Positions 53,036-64,000 of a stretch of DNA of 64,000 nucleotides are shown here, in pieces. Source of the DNA: Yuukianura sp. NJ FZ-2021. Taxonomy: Eukaryota. Within the stretch, counting starts at the first letter, position 1, and every line of letters begins with the position of its first letter. The position numbers and the translations under genes are program-made. The notes below the pieces were generated by a model. The model was not told the DNA's origin. It searched no databases and was given only the letters and a program-made list of their open reading frames with translations. The stretch is from contig CM102286.1 of NCBI GenBank assembly GCA_046563655.1, forward strand, positions 12,958,001-13,022,000, given 5' to 3'.

Positions 53036-53807
53036 TTAATACTCTCTTTTTCCATAGCGTCTGCCTGCTTTTCGTGTAGTTCTGCGGTTAATGACCTGGC
53101 AAGTACAGCCACTTCGGATTCTAATGTAATCCAGCCTCCACGAGGGCTGGCTGTCACTAGATTGATGAATACGAGAGTGCGCATGGTCATGTCGTACCAA
53201 AGCATACGTCATAGAATGCTGTTGGATGCACTGAGACGTTTTGACGAGGCGGCGTTCCAAAAATTTACAGGGCTTATTTACAATTTGAGGATGACAAGAG
53301 ACTTCATAAAATTGCTGACGAACTTGGTCATCTTGGTATAGGTAAACCATGTGCCCTGGAAAAAATTCATGTTTTTCAAAATCAAAAACTGAAATTTTGA
53401 ACTTTCACACGGAGAACTCAACAAACCTGTTCCGTTTCGACCAGCAATTGGTTGAATCATTTCATTTACGGTGGGACAACAAGAGTCAATTGTTTCCAGT
53501 TGTACTGAATTTGTGAGATCATTTCGAAAGTACAGAGCTCTTCTTGAATTGCTGTCAGCATCTACACCAAGGTCCAAGTTATTTCGTTTGTTCTTTTCAC
53601 GATTCCGGTTTCTCCACCTCCTAAACACAGTTTTGTTGTTTTTTAAATAAGTTTCAATAAAATTTTGAAATTTATTTTTCATAATTGGTTTCAATTTTGA
53701 GTTTTTTTTAACCATGATGGCTGAAGGCGTTGTTCTCTGACTTGATTTCGTTGAGATCCATAAACACTTGAGTCCTCGAAGCGCCCTAGAACAGGAACCA
53801 TCACCAT
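53036..53807 (-). CDS. Neurotrophin/spaetzle-like cystine-knot secreted protein (5' end uncertain; candidate upstream exon 55937-55857)
   Basis: Exons 53807-53713, 53620-53427, 53355-53036, in phase: MVMVPVLG..., basic cleavage sites (KNKR, SRR), then SCCPT..QQFYEVSC..PCKF..SQCIQQHSMTYALV..WRLDYIRIRSGCTC, an NGF-like cysteine and motif pattern. Confidence 0.8.
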
Positions 53808-54007
53808 CTGCAACCAAACAAAATTCAATTGTTCAATTTTTCCATTTGAAATGAAAGTACTTCAACTACTTTTTATTTTGTATGCAATGATGATGGGATT
53901 TGTCCTACTCAAGTGCTTTTGTTAACGTTTCTAGCAAACTGAACCGAAAACATGTTTGTTATTTATTACTTTTTCTCTGTTAGGTTTAGGTAATGTTTTC
54001 CATGTAG

Positions 54008-54843
54008 TTTATTAAATAGCGAAAGCTATTTAATAATCTGATTCATGTCTGTCTGTCTGTCTGTCCGTCTGTCCACCTCAATTATCTCAGAAACTACTGG
54101 ACGGATTTGATTCCGGTTTTCTCCTATCAACACCTCATGACCCCAACCTGGTCACTATTGAATATTATCCCCGTGGGGCAACTCCTTCCAGGTCAAAGGT
54201 CAAGGTCACCCGGTTCCATCCCCGGTAACCCGGAAAACGACCTCTACAAAAGTTGTTCATCTCGTCGAGACTAACAACTTTTGTTTATATCACATGACCC
54301 CAAGTGACCTGCTTCCGGGTCAAAGGTCAACTTTTTTCATATTAACGTCCTCCTAGGTGGGAAGCGGGGAGGAACGCACCCCACAGCGCCGGGTGACCCA
54401 CCATCACACCCACGGGTGAGCCACACACACACCCGGGGAAACCTTCCCACATACCGGGGAACCCACGCCCCTCCCCGGGGAACCCACGCCACTCCCCTGG
54501 GAACCCACTCCCTCTCCCCCGGGGAACCCACCCTCTCTCCCCCGGGGAACCCACCCCCTCTCCACCGGGGAACCCACCCCCTTTCTCTCGGGGAACGCAC
54601 CCCTGCTTCTCCGGGGGTGAAGGGAAGGGGGCGAGAAAATCGGGGGAACCCACCCCCACGCTCCCTGGGGTGCGGAGCGAAAAAGTGGGGGGCACCCACC
54701 CCCACTTCTCCGGGGGGGGGAGGCGAAAAAGTGGGGGGAACCCAGCCCCGCTCCCCCTGGGGTAACTCCACATTCCTCACCTGGGGGAAACCGTCTTTCG
54801 GCTTGAGCTATTTCGTTATGCGCGGTTTACAACCGGTTTATTT
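54008..54843 (+). mobile_element. DINE-1/HINE-like non-autonomous Helentron (rolling-circle) element
   Basis: 5' hairpin TTATTAAATAGC-GAAA-GCTATTTAATAA (54009-54036), (GTCT)n microsatellite (54049-54073), core ATCTCAGAAACTACTGGACGGATTTG, central GC-rich tandem repeats, 3' GCTATTT complementary to the 5' AAATAGC (54807-54813), short terminal stem CGGTT-TAC-AACCG (54823-54835), T-rich flanks. Confidence 0.7.
54380..54790. repeat. GC-rich minisatellite (CCGGGGAACCCAC-type units of about 20 bp) inside the Helentron-like element
   Basis: Repeated GGGGAACCCAC/GGGAACCCAC motifs separated by C-rich spacers. Explains the spurious Gly/Pro/Arg ORFs on both strands. Confidence 0.85.
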
Positions 54844-57800
54844 AAAAATATTATTAGCCAGTCTGTTCCAATTTTTCTGCGTCACCTCTTTATGCTAACA
54901 AATTCGGTTGGCATCTTTCACATGAAAAAAAAATTCTGTAAGTTGGAACGATATTTTCAACAGTAAATTTTTCAAATTAAAATTTGCGGCGCGTTGACTT
55001 TTACCTCTGCGTGTCCTTCAGCCGACAACTTTGGCAAGAACTTGACACTACAAGTGTTGTACGCGAATTATTTTTTTTAGTGAATTCAACTGCAAGTTAA
55101 GTGGCAAATTTAAACTTTGAAAGCCCTTGAAGGACACACGGAAAGTGTTAGAGCACAGACACTTTAAAATGCAATTTTATATTTGCGGGTGTTGCAAACT
55201 CCTTCCGCAAACATTGAACATTCCTAAATCATTTTCAATTTTTTCTGACACACGCGCACGTTCTGCCTGAATAATATTAAAACAATACAAGTACCGCAAT
55301 CGTTCAACTTAGCTGCATACGTGTGCTGCAATATGTCAATTTGAATGCATCTTCTTCCAATTTCTGTAATGTCACTCTTGACTTATAAATATTGACTAAA
55401 GTAATTGAGAAAAACGAAATGTACGCGCGTTCTTCAGTCAAATACCAAACGTTTTAGTTTTTTTTAGTAATAAATATTTCTAAGCTTTTTTATATGAAGA
55501 TATGCTAAGGAGCAAGTTCATCTTTTCAGATCGTTGTCATTTATTGAAGTGGGATTAAAAGTTATTTATTTGAGAGATACTTGATGACATTCCAGAGTGA
55601 CATGAAGAAGCCTTCTTCTTCTTCCTTGCGCCAACAAACTCAAAGAATCAAAAAACTTTCTATGTCTCTTGAATAAATCTGAAGTGATCTCTTCACATTT
55701 TTAACCCGCCATGATAAAATTTTCCCACGCAAACTTTTGAATATGACTTTAAAGCTGAATTTTTCAAAAAAAAAAAACATTTTTGTAGAATAGTACAGTA
55801 AATCAAACTGAAATGAAGTGAATTTTTCAAAAACGTAAATGAAAAGTTTACCTTACCAGAAAAATAATTGTGAGTTTTATGCAGGTCGAATAACAAGAAG
55901 ATTGGTGACGTTTCTTCAGGTTTGCAAAAATTGCAAACTAATTGCCAAAATAATGCTCCAATTGTTGCAACTTTCACTAACTTTTCCCACTCGATTGGTT
56001 CCGTGCTACTCAGATCACTTCATTTCCATTTCTGAACTAAAGTGTTTCATAAATTATCCAAAACTTTCACTTGCACTTTCACTTTGGCATTTTGTGTTTT
56101 TGTTTGTGCAGATTGATTTCACCTTTTGAATTGTGAAAGTAACCCTCCACATCCGGTTTTTAAAAAACCAACTAATGTTACTTATTTTTGTATCTGAAAC
56201 TAGCAGTATACAGTTGCATATTTGTCTTTTAAAAAGTTAGCGTTGGCGTTGGCTAGAAAACACACCGGACGAACAGCCCTAATGATTTGCAACTTTCATT
56301 GAAAAATTCTAAAAGCTTTCTTTCAGTTCTTGCAGTCAGGTTGTTCAAAAGTGTGCTTTTCATCGTTATGAGACGCTGGAAACATTAGACGTTCAAGGGT
56401 AGCAAAAATAAATTTGAGAGGTGCAACAAATTGGGATCAATGAAAATTTGTGTGGGAGTAACATTATTTATGTTGTGTCACAAACTTCACTAACTTCTTA
56501 ACTCAAAATTAACTAGATACTAATTAATTGTTGATTAATCCCGATTACTGACGTTTGTCAAGCCCAGATGCCAACTGAAATGTTTTCCAAGGACTTGCAA
56601 ACTTTTAATTTTAACTTTCTTTAAATTTCGAACTTAAAAGCACAGATTGTTCAAGTGGCATTTTGAGTTTTGTTTTGACACCACTTTCACTTGTCGGTTA
56701 ATGTCTGACGGATTCTTTAGTTGAATTGATGAGGAACGGGACTTATCTGCTTGGCAAAGATGCTAAGTCTGCTTTACAACAAAAAGGAGATGTAAACTTG
56801 ATGTAAGTGAAAATGATGATGTCCGAAGGGCCCGAATAGGGTGCCGGTGTGTGGCCCTTCAAAGCTAACAACTTCTAATTAGCACATCTTTCAACACCTC
56901 ACTTTGGAAAAAAAATTGAAAAGAAAATTCCTCACGATCTGCCCGATTATTTCCAGCGTCCGGAACGTTTAGGTTATTATACAAGAATTTCCAACTTAAC
57001 CCTCTCTTCTATTGTCTTCGTAGAACAATATGCCTTTGAAAAAAGATGTTCACGACAACAGTGAATCTCGGGTACTCGGATATGCTAGAGATCCAAAATT
57101 TTCTGGACGCTTCGACCCGATCTTCGTCCAAAAAGATTCAGAAATGAAAACACTACTGGATCTCCTCGACATTCCTCGAGGTGACAATGACAATTGACGT
57201 GACTTTAAGAGGAAGTATGAAGAGCATCTTCAGTTTATCCTTAGCCCTGTCACTCAACTTCAATAAAAATCAAATGGGTGGTCTTCGGCATACAGTTTCA
57301 GGCGTTGAACTGTAAATAGTCAAAGGAAAATTTATGGACATAAAATTATTAAAATCAATTTGTGAAAAAATATTTTCTAAGTTTTTGAAAATATTACTTG
57401 GCATGGGATTGGGAAGAGCAGAAAACGAAATGATTTCCGCCTTCTATGTAACTCTCTAAATATGAGATGCCAGTTCTTTGACAATTAAAAAAAAACAGCA
57501 GTGATCACCAATTTGTTTTCGAAATTCAGATGATTTGTCGCTTTGCAAATTGGAAATAATACTTCCGGTGAATGTAAATTTTATTTTTCAAAAGTTTTTG
57601 GAACTTGCTCCCACTCACACTTAGAAAAATTTAAGTTGTTAAAAGTTACATGATGAAAAATTTACACATTCCCTTGTCAAGTCGGCTTCATTATGAAAAG
57701 AAAAGTTCTTTAAGACGAAGATGGGCAAAGCATTTTTCAGACAAGTGAAGAGATTAACACTTTTGAAAAAAAAACTATTTGGTGTTCAAAGTATTATATT

Positions 57801-57892
57801 TCACGTTCACACCTCTGAAGTCGTCGTGTATCGACCTGCGCCAACACAATTTCAAAACTAGGCCATTGTAAAAACTGTAACCTAAATTTCGC

Positions 57893-58306
57893 AAAAATAT
57901 CTCGGGACAGCAATACGATGAACACCTTCTCTTCGCGAGAAGCTTGCGAAAAATATGAAGGATTTTTTAGGAATTTTGGAAACTTCAAAATCGAACATCA
58001 AGTTTTTCGTCAAATTTTGCAAAAAACCATGGACTATAAAGTCCATGGATTTTTTCGAAATTTGGTCAAAATCTGAGGGTACCTTTTTAAGATTTCTAAA
58101 AATACTCTATATTTTTGTGAATTCAGAAGCGAAAAGTTTACCTCTCTATCGCTTTCCGTTCCTGAGTTATGAATTTTGAAAGTTTTTGAAAATTAAAATG
58201 AAATTTTGAAAATTTATATCTCGTGAACGGAAAGCGATGATAGAGACCTAATCCCTTCGCGATAAACTTTCAATAAATATGAAGACTTTTTAGGAATTTT
58301 GAAAAA
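57893..58306. repeat. Interspersed repeat fragment with internal inverted and direct repeats
   Basis: Inverted pair ATCGCTTTCCGTTCCTGAGTTAT (58148) and ATATCTCGTGAACGGAAAGCGAT (ends 58238). Direct pair AAATATGAAG..TTTTTAGGAATTTTG at about 57951 and 58275. Confidence 0.55.
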
Positions 58307-59220
58307 CCGAGCGATGTGGTCAGATAAATCAACAGAAAAGATAGGAAATTTTCAAAGAGTAAAAAATTGACAAATTAATGTCTTTTTTTGAATCGTTACC
58401 TGGAATTCTGGAAATTCCAAAATTTTAAGCATCTTTCGAAATTCCAAATTTTGAAATTACAGACTGTCAGTCGTACGTAGCTCCTTTTTTCTTTATTTCC
58501 GATTTTAAATAACAAACAAGAAAACTAATTTAGGCATGGGATGCTTTCAATTTTAAAAACAAAAGATAAACAATAAACATTAACCCCGCTTGTAAAGGTT
58601 ATGTACACAAGGTCATTGCAGTTTTTAATAGGAATTGAGGAGCTCAAGCTCTCGTGCGTTAAATCCGCGTACTAGTTTTAACCTAAAGTAGTTAACTTAA
58701 ACGACACTTTTCGTCCATGTAATTAGCTTGAATTAAACAAAAAACAAAAGGGAATAAAAATGTTACACACATTTGCTTGATCGAGAAAAATTTTTTATAG
58801 AAAGTGATTTCGATACGTCGTCCTTAATTTTTTTTTACTCTCCCTGTTATTTATCCGAACTCGAAACTCCAACTAATTATCCATATTTTGTTTTAAATCG
58901 AAAAAAGAGCATTTTTTTTCCATTTCCTCTTCCTACTTTTCTTTCATAATTATATGTCTGACTGATTCGAACTTTTAGGTTAAGTTGCATGGGGTTTTAC
59001 TCGATGCTGTTTTGCAAATTTTAAATTGTGAAAGTCTAAATCGGCATGAAGAAGAGCGCTCTCCAATTTCTTGTAACCTTCATGCAAACTTTTAACTTAC
59101 ACAAGGAGCTTGGATAGGGACATTATCATATCATCATAATCATAACAAAAGAAATTAACGTCCTAAGATTTAGTCGGAGGAAGGAATGAGGCAATTTCCT
59201 CCATCGCCATCATCGTCCAG

Positions 59221-62200
59221 TCACTTGGGACGACCAGTTTCCTTCTTCTTTTTCCTCTTGAAGAAAAAGCAGCATCTGAAATTAAACATTTCAAAATTAT
59301 GGTTAAACTTTTCCAAAAAAAAAAAAACTTTTTAGTTTTTGCATTGCCACTTACTTTGCCTCAGAGTGAGTTTCCAATTCCGCTTCGCGTGCGGTAATCG
59401 GGGTGTTGGAATGACCAGCAGTTGGATCGTCAGCATTTAGTTCCCCATTAGTTGAACTCACAACCTGAGAGACACATTGAAAACGATACACATCAGCTAC
59501 ATCAACAACATTTTGCAAGCAACAGAGTCAGAATATGTATGAGAACCGCCAACTACAGAAAATATATAAAATATTACAGCAAGGTATATCGGTTGGGGTA
59601 AGGTTTAACGATCGTCATTGTAGCAGCACGGTGCACACTTTGCGGCTACTCATGTTGCCGCTGTAGGTTTGAGTGGCTACAAATGTGTAGTCGCCAATTG
59701 CAGCCACATTAGATGTGACAACACTGTGCCTACTGCAGCCATATAAGATGGCTGGAGTGGCAACACTGTGCGGCTACAAGGACAGTCGTTAGACCTTACT
59801 TCGACTTAAAATGTCTACGAAACAATTAATATTACAATTAACTAATCAGCAACCCAGTTTCAACAGACAAAGACAAGGTAATCGAAAAGAACAAGATGAC
59901 GACGACGGTTGTGGTGCATATTGAAAACATACATGTGGTGAAGGAATTCAAGTGCAAGGGATCAGTAGCATCTTAAGCTCCAAAAAACTACAACGTATCA
60001 GCTACACTTGTAAAATACCCCCAATAACGAAAATGAATACAGATATTACGAAAATGAAAATAAAGAGTGCGAACTTGTAAAAAGCGGGAAAATTAAAAGT
60101 TTGCCCCCATAGTATCCCGTTTAAAAAAACTTATCAAAATTCACCTGTACAGAACCATGTCGATCAATTCCAGGGGTAAGGTCGTGTCCCAGGGAGGACG
60201 ACGGCCATGTCTGTAGATGATTATCTGACCATCCCTCCTTATTCCCACCCGCGACTCCCCCCTAATAACGTTTGCCATAAACCAGTTTAAATATTAGTTT
60301 ACAACTCATCTACTGTCACGCAACTACAATTACTTTTAAAATGTGTTTAGTAATGTGCTGGAATACTGTTCAAAAGTGAAGCTCACAAGATAACTATTAC
60401 AACTTAAGTGGGTAGTTAAAGAACTGCTTATAATAGAAAGTGTTAACCAAAAATCAATGGACCGCGCCTTCTGGACATTCCCGAGCGTATATAATGTATA
60501 ACTTAGAATACTAATTGAAACTCTTCATACCACTAAAAAAACTTATGCGTGGAGTAAATTACCTTTGGCGTTCTGTTGTTATGAGATGATGCATGATGCG
60601 GATGTTGTCTATTATCTCTATGCGGGGAAATGATTTCATGAGCCGTCTGAATTGAACCTACAGGAGTCGACTAAAACAAAAAAAATAGACAAATTAGCAT
60701 CATTTATAAAAACAATGGTCGTAAGTTGTAGTACTATCACACCAAAATACACAAAAGTACGTCATCCCTACGCAAAAATCTAAAATTTTCCTAGAACATC
60801 GACGACCAACGTTCTAAATCAAGTGCAAACAAGTGCGCGTCCATTAAATTGAAATTCTAGTGTGAGTCAGAATCGCAAACAATGCTAAATAGCCATACAA
60901 TGTGAAACTTCCGACATTGATGTCTCAATTTCTACTTTTACATTCATGACCTTGTCAGATTTGCCTCGAGGAGCAGTTGACGGTGGAGCTATCCTCAGTA
61001 CTCTTAATTGATAGAAATTAGCGGGCTATGAGAATTTAAAAGAGAACGCATTGACGTCATTAAACTGGGATAAGTACTATAAAGAAAAACCGCATTTGAC
61101 GCCACACACTGTGAACTTTCCGTGATTACTGTAAATTTGGGAATTTTATGGGTAAAAGACTCACTCAAATCCCGTTATTTGAAACAACCGAAACGAGGAA
61201 CCTCATTAACCTCCAAGTAAAAGAGATGCAATTAAGGCTTGAAGGCGTTAATTACCATTGTTTTTCCTGTCCAGTCAAAGTCTCCGTCCTCCACATAGCC
61301 TTTCTTTTCAAATAAGTCATGAAACATTCTTCTCAGATACTCGTAGTCCGGTGTTTCAAAAAAGTCCAGTCTCCGTACGTATCTAAGGTAGGTAGACATC
61401 TCCTCTGCAAAAACCAAAGTGTTACGATTTCATTTGATGAAGAGTGCAGCATTTATGACAAGGATCTCATGATCATAAGTTTAACAAACCTGGATAGCCC
61501 TCGCATAACGTCTCAATAGGAGTCGCCCGTTTAGTATCACCAATGCGCTGATATCTTTCTTTCAAGGTCGAAGTCTTAAGTCCTTGCCAAGGCAAGGAAC
61601 CACGTAAAAAGTACATAAACATATGTCCTAACGCCTCTAAGTCATCTCTTCGACTTTGCTCTAAATTCAAACAAAAACAACAACATGAAAATACTGGCCA
61701 TGTTACTTCAGTTTTCTTGAGAAATGAATCGACCTTAACCTTAACATACCTCTGCCCAAGTGAGTGTTTATACTCATGTATCTCGCCGTACCGGTGAGAC
61801 TCTTGTGTTCCCTGTAGGGAATATGCTTGTTAGTTTCTGGATCGATGTACTCCTTGGCCAGGCCAAAATCAATTATGTGAATGATTCTGTCCTTTCTGTT
61901 GGAGCTTCTGCCAATTAGGAAATTCTCAGGTTTAACATCTCTGTACACCAAATGCTTCGAGTGAACATATTCTATCCTGTGTAACTGTGGGACAAAAACA
62001 CAAAGAAAATTGGTTATCTTTCAATCTTCCTCCAAAAATTGGAAAACAATGAAAACCAAAACAAAGCTCAAGCTGAATATTAAATTGGTATTTGTAATAA
62101 ATTGCATAAATTAAGTTGCGTACGAGTTGGATGGCAACCAAGAGAACAGTCTTAAGCGTGAAGCGGCGTCCACAGAGATCGAAGAGGTCTTCTAAACTTG

Positions 62201-63004
62201 GGCCGAGTAGTTCCATTACCAGAGCATTATACTTTCCACATGGTCCAAAATAATGTACGTCTGGTATTCCATCTAAACGAAATCGAAACGAATGTGAATA
62301 AGGTTTCGGTTTTGAATTTCGATGCATAATTGATACTTCGTTTTGTTTCGGACAGCAAACGTACCATGAGATCCTAGGATACGGTAGAAACGATACTCCA
62401 TGTGAAGCTGTGGAGCTTTTGTTTTCATTGGTTCCTGAAATCAGAGCACAAGTTCCCATTGGACTTAAATTTTGTGTTAAAGCATGCATAAAGCACTTTC
62501 AAAAATCATGTCTTACCAATTTAATAGCAACATGCTCATTTGTGTAGAGGTTCTTCCCTGCAATTTCCAAAAATAGAACAACAATTAAAACATTATAATA
62601 TTTACGACTCTGCTTTTTGAACGAATCACATGACAGAGTTGAGTAATTTTCTTTGTCATCATCATATGTCAATTTACAGTTCATTCTACACTCATTAACG
62701 TTCAAATCGATAGTTCTTGCACAAAAAAGCATAAGGAACGGGTCTTTGTCGACAGGTTTCAAAATAACGGAAAGCGTCACATTACTTTCCGAAGGTGTGA
62801 AATCTTTCTCTAAAAAACTGGGCCATGCCGTCCTGCTTTTTTAAAAACACTAATCGATTAACCTGTCTATTTAAACGTTAACGTACCCAATCTGAGCTCC
62901 CCGAAGTTCCCGCATCCAATTTTCTTGCCAACTTTATAGTTGGGTCCAACCATCAGGACGACAGCACTCCCCGATGATCCAGTTGCATGATGGGTACCAC
63001 GACT
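59221..63004 (-). CDS. gish: Casein kinase I gamma (gilgamesh); 5' partial, first coding exon not located
   Basis: Exons 63004-62887, 62557-62517, 62434-62365, 62272-62124, 61984-61750, 61660-61490, 61404-61256, 60670-60563, 60261-60145, 59464-59355, 59275-59221. Motifs [69 protein letters not shown], and the palmitoylation tail [12 protein letters not shown] typical of CK1-gamma. Confidence 0.95.
59598..59799. mobile_element. MITE-like foldback element (about 200 bp) in a gish intron
   Basis: Imperfect 36-bp terminal inverted repeats: GTAAGGTTTAACGATCGTCATTGTAGCAGCACGGTG versus the reverse complement of the right end GTAAGGTCTAACGACTGTCCTTGTAGCCGCACAGTG. Internal GGCTAC/GCAGCC/CAACACTGTG repeats. 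Confidence 0.7.
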
Positions 63005-64000
63005 CTGCATAGTAAAATAAAACAAACATTAAAACAACAGTACTTTTGGTAAGAATTGTTAAGAGGTAGCCTCCAAAAGATGAAACTTCGCGGAAGACTT
63101 TCGGACTGAAAGACACTCAAAAGTGAGTGTCAATGTTTACATTTTAACTGTGTTCAAAATGGACTCTAAGGCCCTATACCAATAACAGTTCTTTCGACTC
63201 TTTGGACAAAGTCAAGATTACTTTTAGAATTTAGATAACTTCAGATCCTTCCTATTAGTATCGTTGTCGTCATTCACATGGAAATGGTAACTCCGGACAA
63301 AACCTCATACTATAACTTCAAATTCATGAGTCAACTTTGCTGACACAATGCTGTGTGAACCAGAAATTCTACCAGAATTACGTTATCGCAATCGCATTGG
63401 AAAACCATGTAATATGAATCAAGGTTATTAGTTTGGGGGACACCAAATGTTTAGTAAATACGTTCCGATTTTTATGAAAAAACGCCTTGGGAATTTGTTC
63501 ATTACTTTTTACAACTATTTCAATGCCATCGACCAGTAAACTAATATGGAAGGGAGGTCAAAGGCATCAGCTGGTCACCATAACCGGCGAGAAACTTAGG
63601 TTAGTTTAGACAATTATGCGAATTTCCGATGCTTGCAGCAGGCAATTACTATCCATAATACCCTAATGAAAATAAGATCATAAAAATCATAAGATTGACA
63701 TCAACTGGTTCATATGAGGAGCAAATTTTAACTGCATTAGCACAAATCGAAAAAATAAGATCCACCTAAGATTTTTCCGGATTACTCCTCGCTATCCTCA
63801 CAACTGTTCCGTCTTTCCAATAAAACAGTGTGACCGATACCTAATTTTCCGGACATTGCCTTTGCAGGAAGCTATCAGCTGAGCCGTGTCGGTCTGAAAC
63901 ATAGGCCGAAGCAGGATACCGGGAAAGGTCACTAATCATCTGCATTGTCTAATCGCCGCTAACATTTCGAATCGAGTAGAAGACTACGATCAAGGTAACA

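Noticed and set aside
54337..54898. Three overlapping Gly/Pro/Arg-rich ORFs of 143-160 aa
   Set aside because: Produced by the stop-poor GC minisatellite within the Helentron-like element; no domain content.

Overview
Eukaryotic, AT-rich genomic DNA with short (about 55-100 nt) GT-AG introns, most likely from an arthropod (inferred from gene content; taxon not determinable here). Spliced genes reconstructed by hand: carboxypeptidase E (-), brakeless/scribbler ZNF608/609 homolog (-), tango/ARNT (-), glucose-6-phosphate 1-epimerase (+), UBAC2 (-), mitochondrial ribosomal protein S30/mL65 (-), ceramide transfer protein CERT (+), geranylgeranyl transferase I beta (-), a trunk/PTTH-family cystine-knot ligand (+) facing an NGF/spaetzle-like cystine-knot ligand (-), and casein kinase I gamma/gilgamesh (-, start codon not located). 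Mobile DNA: a 5'-truncated but uninterrupted non-LTR retrotransposon with a perfect 13-bp TSD, three MITE-like elements, and a DINE-1/Helentron-like element. No prokaryote-type system (CRISPR etc.) and no confident RNA gene was seen. The best leads are the tail-to-tail cystine-knot ligand pair with an upstream small secreted-peptide ORF, a stop-codon readthrough candidate at the CK1-gamma C-terminus, a spliced 40-aa small ORF, and a possible decayed multi-exon gene.
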